Virus record (IMG/VR): IMGVR_UViG_3300045971_000895
Coordinates: 64,001 to 128,000 of that record
DNA: 64,000 nucleotides
Source of the DNA: a virus
Strand: one strand, 5' to 3'
Position numbers and translations under genes: made by a program. Positions 43,840-52,868 of this stretch are shown one piece after another. The notes under the pieces are model-generated. The model searched no databases and was not told the DNA's origin. It was given only the letters and a program-made list of their open reading frames with translations. Each line of letters starts with the position of its first letter. Position 1 is the stretch's first letter.

Positions 43840-45295
43840 CTGTGTCGTCCTCTTCCTTGGCTAGTGCCATCATGGTGTTGCGGTAGACCTCAACCAACTC
43901 AGGCGGCAGCTGGCGAGGCGCGTCGTTGGGCTTAACCGTGCTGAAGGGGTAGTTCCAAGTCTTCAGCTCGTGCTTCAGGGACTGGCAGAGCTTCTTCAGT
44001 GGGGGCGCAAGCCAGTCCTCGAAGATGACCACCACCGGCTTCTTCTTGCCCGGGAGCGGCCTCTGGATGCGGCCGAAGGATTGCTGAAGCGCGTTCTTCG
44101 ACTTGTACGGCGTGAGCTGCATGAGGGTGTCGAGCCGCGCGTCGTCGATGCCCTCGTTCCCCAGCTTGGCGATGGCGAAGACGAGCTGGTTGTCCCGTAG
44201 AACGTCCATCCGGTTCTTGGTCTCGGAGACGATGAGGCCCGACCCGGGGAAGAGCGCGTGAAGGATCCTGAGCTGCACCTTCGAGTGAGACAGCGCGATG
44301 ATCTTCCTGCCGGCATCGAGTGCCGTCTTGATGTGCCAGTACCTGAAGGTGTTGGCCGTCAGGTCCTTCGCCAGCAGGGTACGCAGGACGGAGATGTTGA
44401 TCGTGTTGCTCGCCGACCGCGCCTTCTCGTAGTCGATGGTGGAAGGCGTCTGCTGGAAGTAGATGTCCGGGATGATGCGCTGGGTGAGGTCGGAGTAGAA
44501 GGGCTCCCCGATGTTGTAGCGGTAGATCGGGTCGAGCCCATCCTCTCGCTCCGCAGTGGCGGTGAGGCCGATGCGGTCTCCGTAGAAGGGCTTGGCCGTG
44601 ATGGAGAACTTCGGCGCCCCGATGCGATGCACCTCGTCGTAGATGACGAGACCGAAGTAGCGGAAGAACTCCTCTGGCAGCGTTCCATCTTCGATGCGCC
44701 GGTAGAGGGTGGTGACGAGAGCTAAGGTGATCGGGTGTGCCCACTTGCAGACCACACCCTGTACCAGCCCCATCTCGCCATCGAACTTCAGCCCCGGCTT
44801 CAACCCCTTCTCCTCGTTGCCGTAGATGGACTCTACCCACTGCTCGAGGATGCCTGTGTCGGGAACGACTACGAGGGTGGGCACGCCGCGCTGAGCAACC
44901 TTCTTCAGCGACAGCTTGGTCTTCCCCTTACCACAGGCGAGGTTGAGGATTCCGTTGTCGTGCAGCTTGAAGGCTTCCCAGGCCCTTACTTGCTCCTCAT
45001 CCCGAGGGACGACGAGGTCTTCGAACTCGACCCGCTGGAAGCTGGGGCGCAGGTCGACGAACGGGAAGTCGTAGAGAGCGTACTGCGCCGCCGGGAGGAA
45101 CTCTCTCGGACAGATGATGTGGGTCGAAGACTCTTCCCACAGACGGAGCAGGATGTTGGCCTGCTCCGCCTCACTGTAGATGGTGAACTCCAGCGCCCGT
45201 TGAACCGGCCCCTCCCTGATGCCGCTCTTCGGGAGCCAGAGGCTGTTCGACAGGTACGCCTTGCCAGGCTCTTTTGGTACGAAGGAAAGTTCCAT
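43832..45295 (-). CDS. SF2 (DEAD/DEAH-like) helicase
   Basis: Walker A LACGKGKTK, Walker B VIYDEVHRIG, and the later helicase C-domain motif FGRIQRP. Confidence 0.65.
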   Translation of the reverse strand: MELSFVPKEPGKAYLSNSLWLPKSGIREGPVQRALEFTIYSEAEQANILLRLWEESSTHIICPREFLPAAQYALYDFPFVDLRPSFQRVEFEDLVVPRDEEQVRAWEAFKLHDNGILNLACGKGKTKLSLKKVAQRGVPTLVVVPDTGILEQWVESIYGNEEKGLKPGLKFDGEMGLVQGVVCKWAHPITLALVTTLYRRIEDGTLPEEFFRYFGLVIYDEVHRIGAPKFSITAKPFYGDRIGLTATAEREDGLDPIYRYNIGEPFYSDLTQRIIPDIYFQQTPSTIDYEKARSASNTINISVLRTLLAKDLTANTFRYWHIKTALDAGRKIIALSHSKVQLRILHALFPGSGLIVSETKNRMDVLRDNQLVFAIAKLGNEGIDDARLDTLMQLTPYKSKNALQQSFGRIQRPLPGKKKPVVVIFEDWLAPPLKKLCQSLKHELKTWNYPFSTVKPNDAPRQLPPELVEVYRNTMMALAKEEDDTDE

Positions 45296-45338
45296 GGTGG
45301 CGGACTCTAGCAGAGAGGGAGGACATCGTCTGTACAGA

Positions 45339-45902
45339 CTACTTGGGCGGCGTCACTGGAGACATCGGCGTGACGTCCATCGGTTCTCCGGCACCGGGAG
45401 AAGGCTCTGGCCAGATCCACTGGCGAGTGGCCAGGTGGAGCTGCCAGGTGAGGCTACGCATGGCGTCGATGGCGATGTTCTTCCCGAGCCTCTCGATGAA
45501 GGACTCTTCACCGAGCTGCGGGATCATCGGCGGAGGGGAGGCCGCCATGGCGTAGTACATCGGGTCGGTCAGCCAGCCGTAGCCGTACTGTGGCGGCGCC
45601 GGGAAGATCCCGGTCTGCTGCGGCTGCTGCCTGACCTGCACCTGCTGGGGCGGCTGCTGGTACGGCTGGACTTGCAGGGGAGCCTGGACCGCCGGCGGCG
45701 GGACCTGGTACCCGGCCGGCTGCTGATAGCCCACCGGTTGCGGCGGAGCGACGGCCTGATAGTTCCTGGCCCGGACGATGGTGTCCCGGCAGGACGACAT
45801 GACCGTGCAGCCTCGGCACTCTCTGGTGCTGGGGTTGTGGAACCTCTCGTCCCCGAAGCACCTCGGCTGCTGGGCGGGCTGCCCACCAAACTGATACGAC
45901 AT
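45339..45902 (-). CDS. protein with N-terminal Cys cluster and Gln/Pro-rich low-complexity region
   Basis: CFGDERFHNPSTRECRGCTVMSSC, then QP-rich repeats. Confidence 0.4.
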   Translation of the reverse strand: MSYQFGGQPAQQPRCFGDERFHNPSTRECRGCTVMSSCRDTIVRARNYQAVAPPQPVGYQQPAGYQVPPPAVQAPLQVQPYQQPPQQVQVRQQPQQTGIFPAPPQYGYGWLTDPMYYAMAASPPPMIPQLGEESFIERLGKNIAIDAMRSLTWQLHLATRQWIWPEPSPGAGEPMDVTPMSPVTPPK

Positions 45903-46048
45903 GACACCTCCTGGTTTTGGGGTAACTACGCAACGTCAGACGCCTTATCCCACCGACTCAAAGAGAGTTTCCTTGTCATAGAAGGGCCCCAACGCCTACA
46001 CTCGGACCACGGACGAGTCCCTCTCCGCGTGCCTTAAGGAGCCCGACG
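45903..46048. promoter_or_regulatory. divergent intergenic region (lower GC) between the - and + blocks
   Basis: 146 nt without ORFs. Candidate TTGTCA-N18-TACACT element on the + strand. Confidence 0.35.
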
Positions 46049-47632
46049 ATGAAGACCGCAGGGGTGATGTTCGACTTCTACGACGACCCGACAGGTTCGG
46101 TCTTGAAGTCCGTGTTCCCGGATGCTGAAGAGCTTCCGGAGGTCGTGAAGACCGCTCACATCCTCAACGCCGAGGAGCGTGACGTCCTTCGCGACGAGGC
46201 CTACGCCCTCGTGATGCACAACGACGGGCAGGTCTTCCGCAAGTTCGCATGCGTGGACCCCGGCAACACGCTCCTCTCCCTCGTCTACTTCGAGAAGACG
46301 GCGGGCATCCTTCCGCAGGAAGCGCGGGACGCGGCCTACGCGAACATCATGGCCCGCGCCGCGGAGTTCGACCTTCTCGACAAGGAGGCCGAGTCCTCGA
46401 CCCAGAAGACGCTCAACGAGACGCACGGCCTCGGTGCCATGGCGGGGGCTGGTGCGCTGTACGCGCACTTGCACGGGCGGCATCTCGGCCGCGGTGCGGC
46501 CTTCGGTGGGACTGCATGGCTCGCGGCCAAGGGACTGAAGGCGGCCGTGAAGGACAAGAAGGCCTCCCTCGAGAAGTCTGCCGTCAAGAAGGAGGACGAG
46601 GAGGAGGCTCCCAAGAAGGACGAGCCCCGCGGCACTGGCAAGCACCCCCAGCGCAAGCGCGACCCGATGGAGCAGCCCTTCGCCGGCGACGAGGCAGACT
46701 GGGCACAGCGCACCAACCTCCGGTCCATCCAGGCCGGCGGGCCGTCCTCAGGCCGGGTGGGCGAGGCTCTCTCCAACCTCAACACCAAGACGGCTGCTGC
46801 CCCAGGCGTGATGCAGCAGATCGCGGCTCACGGCAAGAAGGCCGTCGACTGGGCCAAGCCGCACGCGGCCAAGGCCGTGGAGGCCGTGAAGGCCAACCCC
46901 GGGCTCGCCGCGGGCGCCGCGGGCGCCGGCATCGTGGCCGGTCGCATGTCGAAGAACGCTTCGGTGGACGTCTCCGGCCAGACGCCGGAGATCCGCTTCG
47001 TGAAGCAAGCCGCCGAGCACCACGCTCTCGGCCACAAGTTCCCCCTCGACAGCTACTCGGACATCCGGGCCGCCGTCGACTACTTCAAGCAGAGCTGGCC
47101 GGACTTCCAGCCTCCCGAGCGGCACGAGTTCGCCGTGAAGGTGGCTGCCCGGGCCGAGGCCATCGGCCTCGAGGTGCCGGAGCTGATGGCCCGCTACGGC
47201 TCCACCAGCTACGCCCCCGACGTCGAGGCCCACCTCGCCAACCGGAAGGCCAACTGCGGCGCCGAGTTCCACGAGGTCTACGACGCCCTGAAGGAGAAGC
47301 GGGCCGAGATCGAGCCGGAGCACTTCGCCGCGCTGCTCTCCAAGGCCGACGTCACCACCGGCCTGAACTGGCACTGGGGCGGGGCGGTCTCCGACCCCTG
47401 GCTGGCCACCTTCGGCGGCACGACTGCTTCCGAGAAGACGGCCTTCGGCTGGGAGGGCGGCGGCTACACGGTCGACGCCGAGAAGCTCCAGGAGGCGGCC
47501 GCCAGCGGCGTCCTCAAGGGCAACTTCACCGACGACATCGTGACGGCCTTCGAGAAGGACCCGGTCACCATCTTCTCCTCGATGCCCGACGACACCAAGC
47601 TCATCATGGCCCGTCTGGCCTCGGAGGCTTAG
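46049..47632 (+). CDS. hypothetical protein (527 aa), possible virion/internal protein
   Basis: GC3 bias. Ala/Lys-rich central region. Confidence 0.45.
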   Translation: MKTAGVMFDFYDDPTGSVLKSVFPDAEELPEVVKTAHILNAEERDVLRDEAYALVMHNDGQVFRKFACVDPGNTLLSLVYFEKTAGILPQEARDAAYANIMARAAEFDLLDKEAESSTQKTLNETHGLGAMAGAGALYAHLHGRHLGRGAAFGGTAWLAAKGLKAAVKDKKASLEKSAVKKEDEEEAPKKDEPRGTGKHPQRKRDPMEQPFAGDEADWAQRTNLRSIQAGGPSSGRVGEALSNLNTKTAAAPGVMQQIAAHGKKAVDWAKPHAAKAVEAVKANPGLAAGAAGAGIVAGRMSKNASVDVSGQTPEIRFVKQAAEHHALGHKFPLDSYSDIRAAVDYFKQSWPDFQPPERHEFAVKVAARAEAIGLEVPELMARYGSTSYAPDVEAHLANRKANCGAEFHEVYDALKEKRAEIEPEHFAALLSKADVTTGLNWHWGGAVSDPWLATFGGTTASEKTAFGWEGGGYTVDAEKLQEAAASGVLKGNFTDDIVTAFEKDPVTIFSSMPDDTKLIMARLASEA

Positions 47633-48061
47633 ATGGCATTCGATTGGAGGTTCGCCGCCAAGGCGGGGCTCGCAGGAAGTGCGGGTGTCGCGGCCACCCT
47701 CGGTGGTGCCTACCTCGCGGACAAGCTGATCCGCAAGGTGGAGAAGCGGCACGGGAAGACCAAGAAGGCCATGTACTCGGCCTTCGCGGACGAGCTCGAG
47801 AAGATCGCTTTCATCTCCCCGGCGGCTGACCTCGCCGGCCTCGGCATCCTCGCCGTTCCTGGCGTGCGGCACCTGATGAAGAAGCCGAAGGGCACCGAGC
47901 AGGACAAGAAGGAGCGCAACACGGCGAAGTACGAGACCGCCGGCCTCGCCACACTGGGCGGCTCCGTCCTCGCCAAGGACCACAAAGAGCTGGGTGCCGG
48001 GATCAAGAAGGGCTTCGGCGCTGTGAAGAACTTCGCAGGCAAGGCTCTTCGGCACGCATGA
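47633..48061 (+). CDS. small protein with FADELEKI motif (paralogue A)
   Basis: KAMYSAFADELEKIAF, similar to KAQYAGFADELEKISAGF in the 49537 gene. Confidence 0.4.
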   Translation: MAFDWRFAAKAGLAGSAGVAATLGGAYLADKLIRKVEKRHGKTKKAMYSAFADELEKIAFISPAADLAGLGILAVPGVRHLMKKPKGTEQDKKERNTAKYETAGLATLGGSVLAKDHKELGAGIKKGFGAVKNFAGKALRHA

Positions 48062-48972
48062 CCCCTGAGGAGCGACTCACGGACCTGCTGGCTGGCGCCA
48101 AGCCGACGGCGCCGGTGGAAGGGCCCGCGCGGAGTGCGGAGCCAGAGGCCTCGAGCCCGGTCACCATCCGCACGCTCTTCTTCCACCAGGACGTCCACCC
48201 GGTGGTCCTCGACTTTGCCCTGCTCCGCACCTTCGGGGTGGCGTGGCACGGCTGGGAAGCCGAGACCATCTGGGCGGAGATCCACCGGGCCTTCAAGTCC
48301 CAGATCTCAGAGATCGTCCGGGCCAAGGTGATGGCGGTGAAGACCTGCCACGTCTCCACCGGTCCTTGGGAGAGCTGGCAAGTCTTCGAGAAGGTCATCC
48401 AGGTCCTCAACAACAACCTGCCTCGCTGGGACTTGATGCAGGCTCCGGGCCTCGAGCAGCTGTATGCCGGAATCGACATCATGGACACGCTGGACAAGCG
48501 GGGCTTCTCCGACGAGGTGAAGCTCTACATCGCCGCGGCGTGCCACAACGAGGACGTCCTCTTCGCTCCTGCCCCTCTCGACTTCGTGCAGGTCGAGGTG
48601 AGTCAGCCCCACTACGTCTGCCAGGACTGTGGCAACGAGGACTCGGCGCTCTTCCACGACGGCATCTGCGACACCTGCACGGAGAAGTGGACCGGAGGGA
48701 CGATGGGTGGCCGTCCCGACACGCAGTTGCTGGCCCAGGGCAAGGGCCACAACCTGAAGACCGTGCTGCGCTTCGACCCCGACTCGACTCAGAAGCTCTG
48801 GGATACGGTGAAGGGCAAGAAGACGGCGGACGTGGCTGACTCGCTCGACGAGACTCCAGAGGGTACTCAGGTCGCCAAGCTTCTCATGGCCCGTGACTAC
48901 CTCAATGTCAGGAGAAGGCAACTCGCCGATCAACTGACTTCCTTGAAGACATGGCTCGGGAGCAACGGATGA
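48058..48972 (+). CDS. hypothetical protein (304 aa) whose last ~20 codons are atypically coded and duplicated downstream
   Basis: C-terminal ...ARDYLNVRRRQLADQLTSLKTWLGSNG uses rare codons (AGG AGA CAA TTG ACA ACT). Confidence 0.45.
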   Translation: MTPEERLTDLLAGAKPTAPVEGPARSAEPEASSPVTIRTLFFHQDVHPVVLDFALLRTFGVAWHGWEAETIWAEIHRAFKSQISEIVRAKVMAVKTCHVSTGPWESWQVFEKVIQVLNNNLPRWDLMQAPGLEQLYAGIDIMDTLDKRGFSDEVKLYIAAACHNEDVLFAPAPLDFVQVEVSQPHYVCQDCGNEDSALFHDGICDTCTEKWTGGTMGGRPDTQLLAQGKGHNLKTVLRFDPDSTQKLWDTVKGKKTADVADSLDETPEGTQVAKLLMARDYLNVRRRQLADQLTSLKTWLGSNG

Positions 48973-49463
48973 CCGAGCGCACATGCACAAGGAAGGGGTG
49001 TCTTGGAAAGCACCGGGCCAAGGGCCTGTGTGCCAAGCACTACTTGAAGGTCTACAACCGGAAGAACAAGGCGAAGATCTCGAAGCAGGTCAGGGCCTAC
49101 TACGAAAGCAACGTCACCGACATCAAGGCGTACTCGAAGAGGTGGCAGGGCGAGACCTTGGATGGGCGCTGGAGCCACTTCAAGGCCCAGGCGAAGGCAC
49201 GCAAGCAGAAGATGCTGCTCACCAAGGAAGAGTTCGCAGACATCACCACCAAGCGGTGTTCCTACTGCGGCGACTTCTCCAAGGACAAGATCTGCGTTGG
49301 GGTCGATCGCATCGACAGTGCTCAGGGCTACCACGCTGGCAACGTCGTTCCGTGCTGCGAGATGTGCAACCTCATGAAGCGCCACTACGATGTGGACGCA
49401 TGGGTTGCCCACCTCAAGAAGGTCATCTCCTTCATCCACAGCGGCGGGAAGGTGACGGCATGA
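48951..49463 (+). CDS. HNH homing endonuclease
   Basis: CSYCGDFSKDKICVGVDRIDSAQGYHAGNVVPCCEMCNLMK matches the HNH motif. Estimated lower GC than neighbours. Its start overlaps the end of the upstream gene. Confidence 0.7.
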   Translation: MAREQRMTERTCTRKGCLGKHRAKGLCAKHYLKVYNRKNKAKISKQVRAYYESNVTDIKAYSKRWQGETLDGRWSHFKAQAKARKQKMLLTKEEFADITTKRCSYCGDFSKDKICVGVDRIDSAQGYHAGNVVPCCEMCNLMKRHYDVDAWVAHLKKVISFIHSGGKVTA

Positions 49464-49540
49464 CGCGCTACATGAACCTTCGTCGTCGCCAGCTGGCTGA
49501 CCAGCTCACCTCGCTCAAGTCCTGGCTCGGTGCTGCATGA
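49462..49540 (+). pseudogene. relic of the original 3' end of the interrupted gene (26 codons, MTRYMNLRRRQLADQLTSLKSWLGAA)
   Basis: Same peptide as the C-terminus of the 48058 gene in native codon usage. Starts with ATGA overlapping the HNH stop. Confidence 0.35.
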
Positions 49541-50070
49541 AGATCGCCTCCATGGTGAAGTACACGGAGAAGGGCAAGCTGGTGAAGAAGGCCCAGTACG
49601 CCGGCTTCGCCGATGAGTTGGAGAAGATCTCTGCCGGCTTCCTGGCCAATGTCGGGACCAAGATCGTCCAGACTGGGCGCAACGCTGCTCAGTGGGCCAA
49701 GGCCCAGCCGGCTGCAACAGGTGCCGCATTCAAGGACCATCTCCAACCCATGGCGATGATGAAGGACAGTTGGAACAAGTCCAAGTGGTGGGGCATGAAG
49801 GGGCTGACGGTTGCTGGTGCAGGGATGGAAGGGGCCTCCGCGCTCAAGAAGAAGGACCCCGAGGGGCGCGGGCGCGGTAGAGGTCAGCGCCTCGGCAGCG
49901 CCATCGCTGGCACGGCCTCTGGCCTCATCACCATGAAGCATGGGATCATTCCAGCTCTGGCTACCGGGCTCGCCGCAAGCTACGCTGGCGGGAAGGTCGG
50001 GAAGCGGTTCGACAAGATGAAGAGCCACGCGCCGGGCGCTGTGCAGGCCCCACCGCCTGAAAGCACTTGA
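49537..50070 (+). CDS. small protein with FADELEKI motif (paralogue B)
   Basis: 177 aa. Shares the motif with the 47633 gene. Gly/Ala-rich. Confidence 0.4.
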   Translation: MKIASMVKYTEKGKLVKKAQYAGFADELEKISAGFLANVGTKIVQTGRNAAQWAKAQPAATGAAFKDHLQPMAMMKDSWNKSKWWGMKGLTVAGAGMEGASALKKKDPEGRGRGRGQRLGSAIAGTASGLITMKHGIIPALATGLAASYAGGKVGKRFDKMKSHAPGAVQAPPPEST

Positions 50071-52130
50071 TGGCCTACGACAACCTCAGCCTCGGCTTCG
50101 GTGGAACCTCCCGCTTCAGCGGGCAGCGCGGCCGCACGGCCGATGGCATGGGGCGCAGCGGCGTCCGCTACCCGTCGCCCTTCTTCGACCTCGGCCAGAC
50201 CTACCTGCCGCCGGACCAGAAGAAGCTGCTGCACTGGTGCCGCTTCTACTACCTGACGAACCCGCTCATCAACTCGGTCGTGCACAAGATGGCGGAGTAC
50301 CCCATCACCGAGATCATCATCGACGAGAAGGACCAGCAGGTGAAGGAGAAGTGGGAGGAGATGCTGGGCAGCCACCTGCGCTACCGGCCCTTCCAGATCG
50401 AAGTGGGGATCGACTACTTCGCCTACGGCATCTGCATCACCACCATCCACTTCCCCTTCACGAAGTGGCTCCAGTGCCGCCACTGCAAGCACAAGGTGCA
50501 GGCCAAGAAGACCGTCTACAAGTGGCGCAACCTGGACTACATCATCCAGTGCGACAAGTGCGGGACGACGGCGCCGGCGAAGGTGCAGGACTTCTACGAG
50601 AAGGACCTGCGCCGCATCCGCCTCATGCGGTGGAATCCGGAGTACGTCCACGTCGACCCTGGCTTCGCTGGCACGGACCCCATCTACACCTTCGAGCTCC
50701 CGCTCCAGGTCCGCAACGACCTGCTGCTCGGCAAGAAGACCCTGCTCGACACCATCCCCGACGTCTTCGTCGAGGCGCTCCGGCGCAACAAGTTCGTCCG
50801 CTTCGCCGACGAGAACATCTTCGTCTTCAAGCGCCCCATCATCAGCCAGAAGGACAACGGCTGGGGGATGCCGCTCATCTTCCCCGTCCTCAAGGACACC
50901 TTCTACCTCCAGGTGCTGCGCAAGGCGCAGGAGGCCATCGCGCAGGAGCACATCGTCCCGCTGCGCATCCTCTTCCCGCAGGCCGGGTCCAACACCTCCG
51001 ACCCCTACACCACGATCAACCTCGACTCCTGGAAGAGCCGGGTCGAGGGCGAGATCGCGAAGTGGAAGTACGACAACAACTACATCCCCATCCTGCCCCT
51101 GCCCATTGGCAACGAGACCATCGGCGGCGACGGGAAGGCGCTCATGCTGCACCAGGAGATGCAGGCCTGGTCCGACCAGATCGTGGCCGGTATGGGCGTG
51201 CCGCGGGAGTTCGTCTTCGGCGGCCTCCAGTACAGCGGCTCCAACGTCTCCATGCGGATGCTGGAGAACTCCTTCATCGGCTACCGCGTCGACCACGAGA
51301 ACATGCTCAACAACTTCGTGATCCGGCGCATCGCCAACTACATGGGCTGGAAGCCCGTGCGCGCCCACATGAAGCGCTTCAAGATGGCGGACGACCTCCA
51401 GCGCACCGCCTTCCTCTTCCAGCTCAACCAGGCCCAGAAGATCTCCGACGTCACCCTGCTCCAGGAGGCTGACCAGGATCCAGCGGTCGAGGAGCAGAGG
51501 AAGAACATCGAGATGGACCGCCAGCTCGAGTACCAGCGCAAGATGACAATCGCGCAGGCTCAGGTGCAGGCAGAGGCTCAGGCCATCCAGATGAAGGCCC
51601 AGGCCGAGGTGCAGCAGGAGATGATGGCCAAGGGGATGGCGATGCCCGGTGCAGAGGGTGCAGCCGGCGGGCAGCCTGGCGCTCCTGGGGGCCAGCCCGG
51701 GGCACAGCCGGGTGCCGAGGGTGGGCAGCCTGGCCAGCAGGGCGAGATGATGGGCGGGGAGCAGGCGGCTCCCGGGATGCCGGAGAACGCCACAGTCTCC
51801 CCCGAAAACGCCCAGCAGGCCCCGACCGAGGGCGTCCCGCAGGAGATGCAGAGCCCCATCACGCAGGGCCAGACGGGTGGCGGGATGAACCTCCTCTACC
51901 TCGCTCGCCGTGCCGTGATCGCGATCCAGGAGACGGAGAAGCAGGACCCCTCCGGCGCGAAGAAGAGCCTCGCGCTCCAGACGATGAAGATGTCCAACCC
52001 CCAGCTCTACTCGCTCGTCATCCGGATGCTCCAGAGCGAACAGGGTTCCCAGGCCAAGCCGCTCGATCCCGTGCAGAGCCCGCTGCCGCAGCAGAAGCCC
52101 GAGAGGCGGCAGTCTCCGGTCGGCGTCTAG
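50067..52130 (+). CDS. portal-like protein (687 aa) with embedded zinc ribbon and Gly/Gln/Pro-rich C-terminal region
   Basis: Size and position suggest a portal. CRHCKHK...CDKCG ribbon. QPGAPGGQPGAQPG repeats at 51650-51800. The assignment is tentative. Confidence 0.35.
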   Translation: MMAYDNLSLGFGGTSRFSGQRGRTADGMGRSGVRYPSPFFDLGQTYLPPDQKKLLHWCRFYYLTNPLINSVVHKMAEYPITEIIIDEKDQQVKEKWEEMLGSHLRYRPFQIEVGIDYFAYGICITTIHFPFTKWLQCRHCKHKVQAKKTVYKWRNLDYIIQCDKCGTTAPAKVQDFYEKDLRRIRLMRWNPEYVHVDPGFAGTDPIYTFELPLQVRNDLLLGKKTLLDTIPDVFVEALRRNKFVRFADENIFVFKRPIISQKDNGWGMPLIFPVLKDTFYLQVLRKAQEAIAQEHIVPLRILFPQAGSNTSDPYTTINLDSWKSRVEGEIAKWKYDNNYIPILPLPIGNETIGGDGKALMLHQEMQAWSDQIVAGMGVPREFVFGGLQYSGSNVSMRMLENSFIGYRVDHENMLNNFVIRRIANYMGWKPVRAHMKRFKMADDLQRTAFLFQLNQAQKISDVTLLQEADQDPAVEEQRKNIEMDRQLEYQRKMTIAQAQVQAEAQAIQMKAQAEVQQEMMAKGMAMPGAEGAAGGQPGAPGGQPGAQPGAEGGQPGQQGEMMGGEQAAPGMPENATVSPENAQQAPTEGVPQEMQSPITQGQTGGGMNLLYLARRAVIAIQETEKQDPSGAKKSLALQTMKMSNPQLYSLVIRMLQSEQGSQAKPLDPVQSPLPQQKPERRQSPVGV

Positions 52131-52139
52131 AGGTAGGGC

Positions 52140-52619
52140 GTGTCCAAGGCCGAAGTGTTCTACGCCAGGGAGAGGTCCCTGTCAGAAGGGGACCTCCCTG
52201 TCTGGGACTACGTCGTCGAGCAGGGGGACGGGTTGGTCGTACTGGCCGGCTACTGTGCGGGCTGGGACGAGTACACCCTCGACGAGCTCAACAAGAAGCA
52301 CGGGAAGTACTACGGCAAGAGCCTCTTCGATCAGCAGGAGTCGCGTCGGAAGTGGCAGCAGAAGTACCACCTCGATGGGCACTCGACGAGGGAGTACGCG
52401 CAGCTCTGCCACCGAGAGTACCGCCTTGACCAGGAGCTCTCGATCACTCCACTCAAGGCCTCCCGGCCTTGTGAGGTGTGCTTGGAGCCGGCCACCTTCT
52501 TGGTCGAGTTCGTGGGAGGGCAGCCTCAGTTCCATCTCTGCGCTGACCACGCGACTCGTGAGTGCGTCGATCTGCTCCTCCCCTCGGAGGTTGCCCCGCA
52601 GCGCATTGTCTTCTACTGA
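52140..52619 (+). CDS. hypothetical Cys/His-containing protein (159 aa)
   Basis: GTG start with RBS GAGGTAGGG. Confidence 0.4.
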   Translation: MSKAEVFYARERSLSEGDLPVWDYVVEQGDGLVVLAGYCAGWDEYTLDELNKKHGKYYGKSLFDQQESRRKWQQKYHLDGHSTREYAQLCHREYRLDQELSITPLKASRPCEVCLEPATFLVEFVGGQPQFHLCADHATRECVDLLLPSEVAPQRIVFY

Positions 52620-52649
52620 AGGCTAAGAGAAGAGCCTCCGACTCCTCTC

Positions 52650-52868
52650 TCACTTCGGTTCCTGCGGGAAGCAGGGGAGCAGATCCATCAAGTCGTCGTA
52701 GAGGCTTGCTGACTGGTCGCGAAGGCGGGTGAGTCGAGCTACCAAGGCCGGAGGCGCTCCTTGGTAGCTCGCTCGTTGGACGAGGTCGTTGAGGACCTTC
52801 ACTTGGTCCTTCATGTAGTCGCCCTGGTCGATGATGTCTTCCTTCCAGATCTGGTCGCCGAGGCTCAT
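52650..52868 (-). CDS. hypothetical protein (72 aa)
   Basis: GC3 bias. Confidence 0.35.
   Translation of the reverse strand: MSLGDQIWKEDIIDQGDYMKDQVKVLNDLVQRASYQGAPPALVARLTRLRDQSASLYDDLMDLLPCFPQEPK

Larger units (their letters stand above)
48891..49540 (+). mobile_element. free-standing HNH endonuclease cassette flanked by diverged direct repeats that encode the same peptide
   Basis: Peptide RRRQLADQLTSLK[TS]WLG is encoded at 48909-48960 (atypical codons) and at 49483-49533 (genome-typical codons). Confidence 0.55.

Noticed and set aside
51640-51800. Gly/Gln/Pro repeat in the portal-like gene as a slippage-generated microsatellite.
   Set aside because: The codons vary (cag cct ggc gct cct ggg ggc cag ccc ggg gca cag ccg ...), so this is an imperfect, protein-level low-complexity region rather than a simple-sequence repeat.
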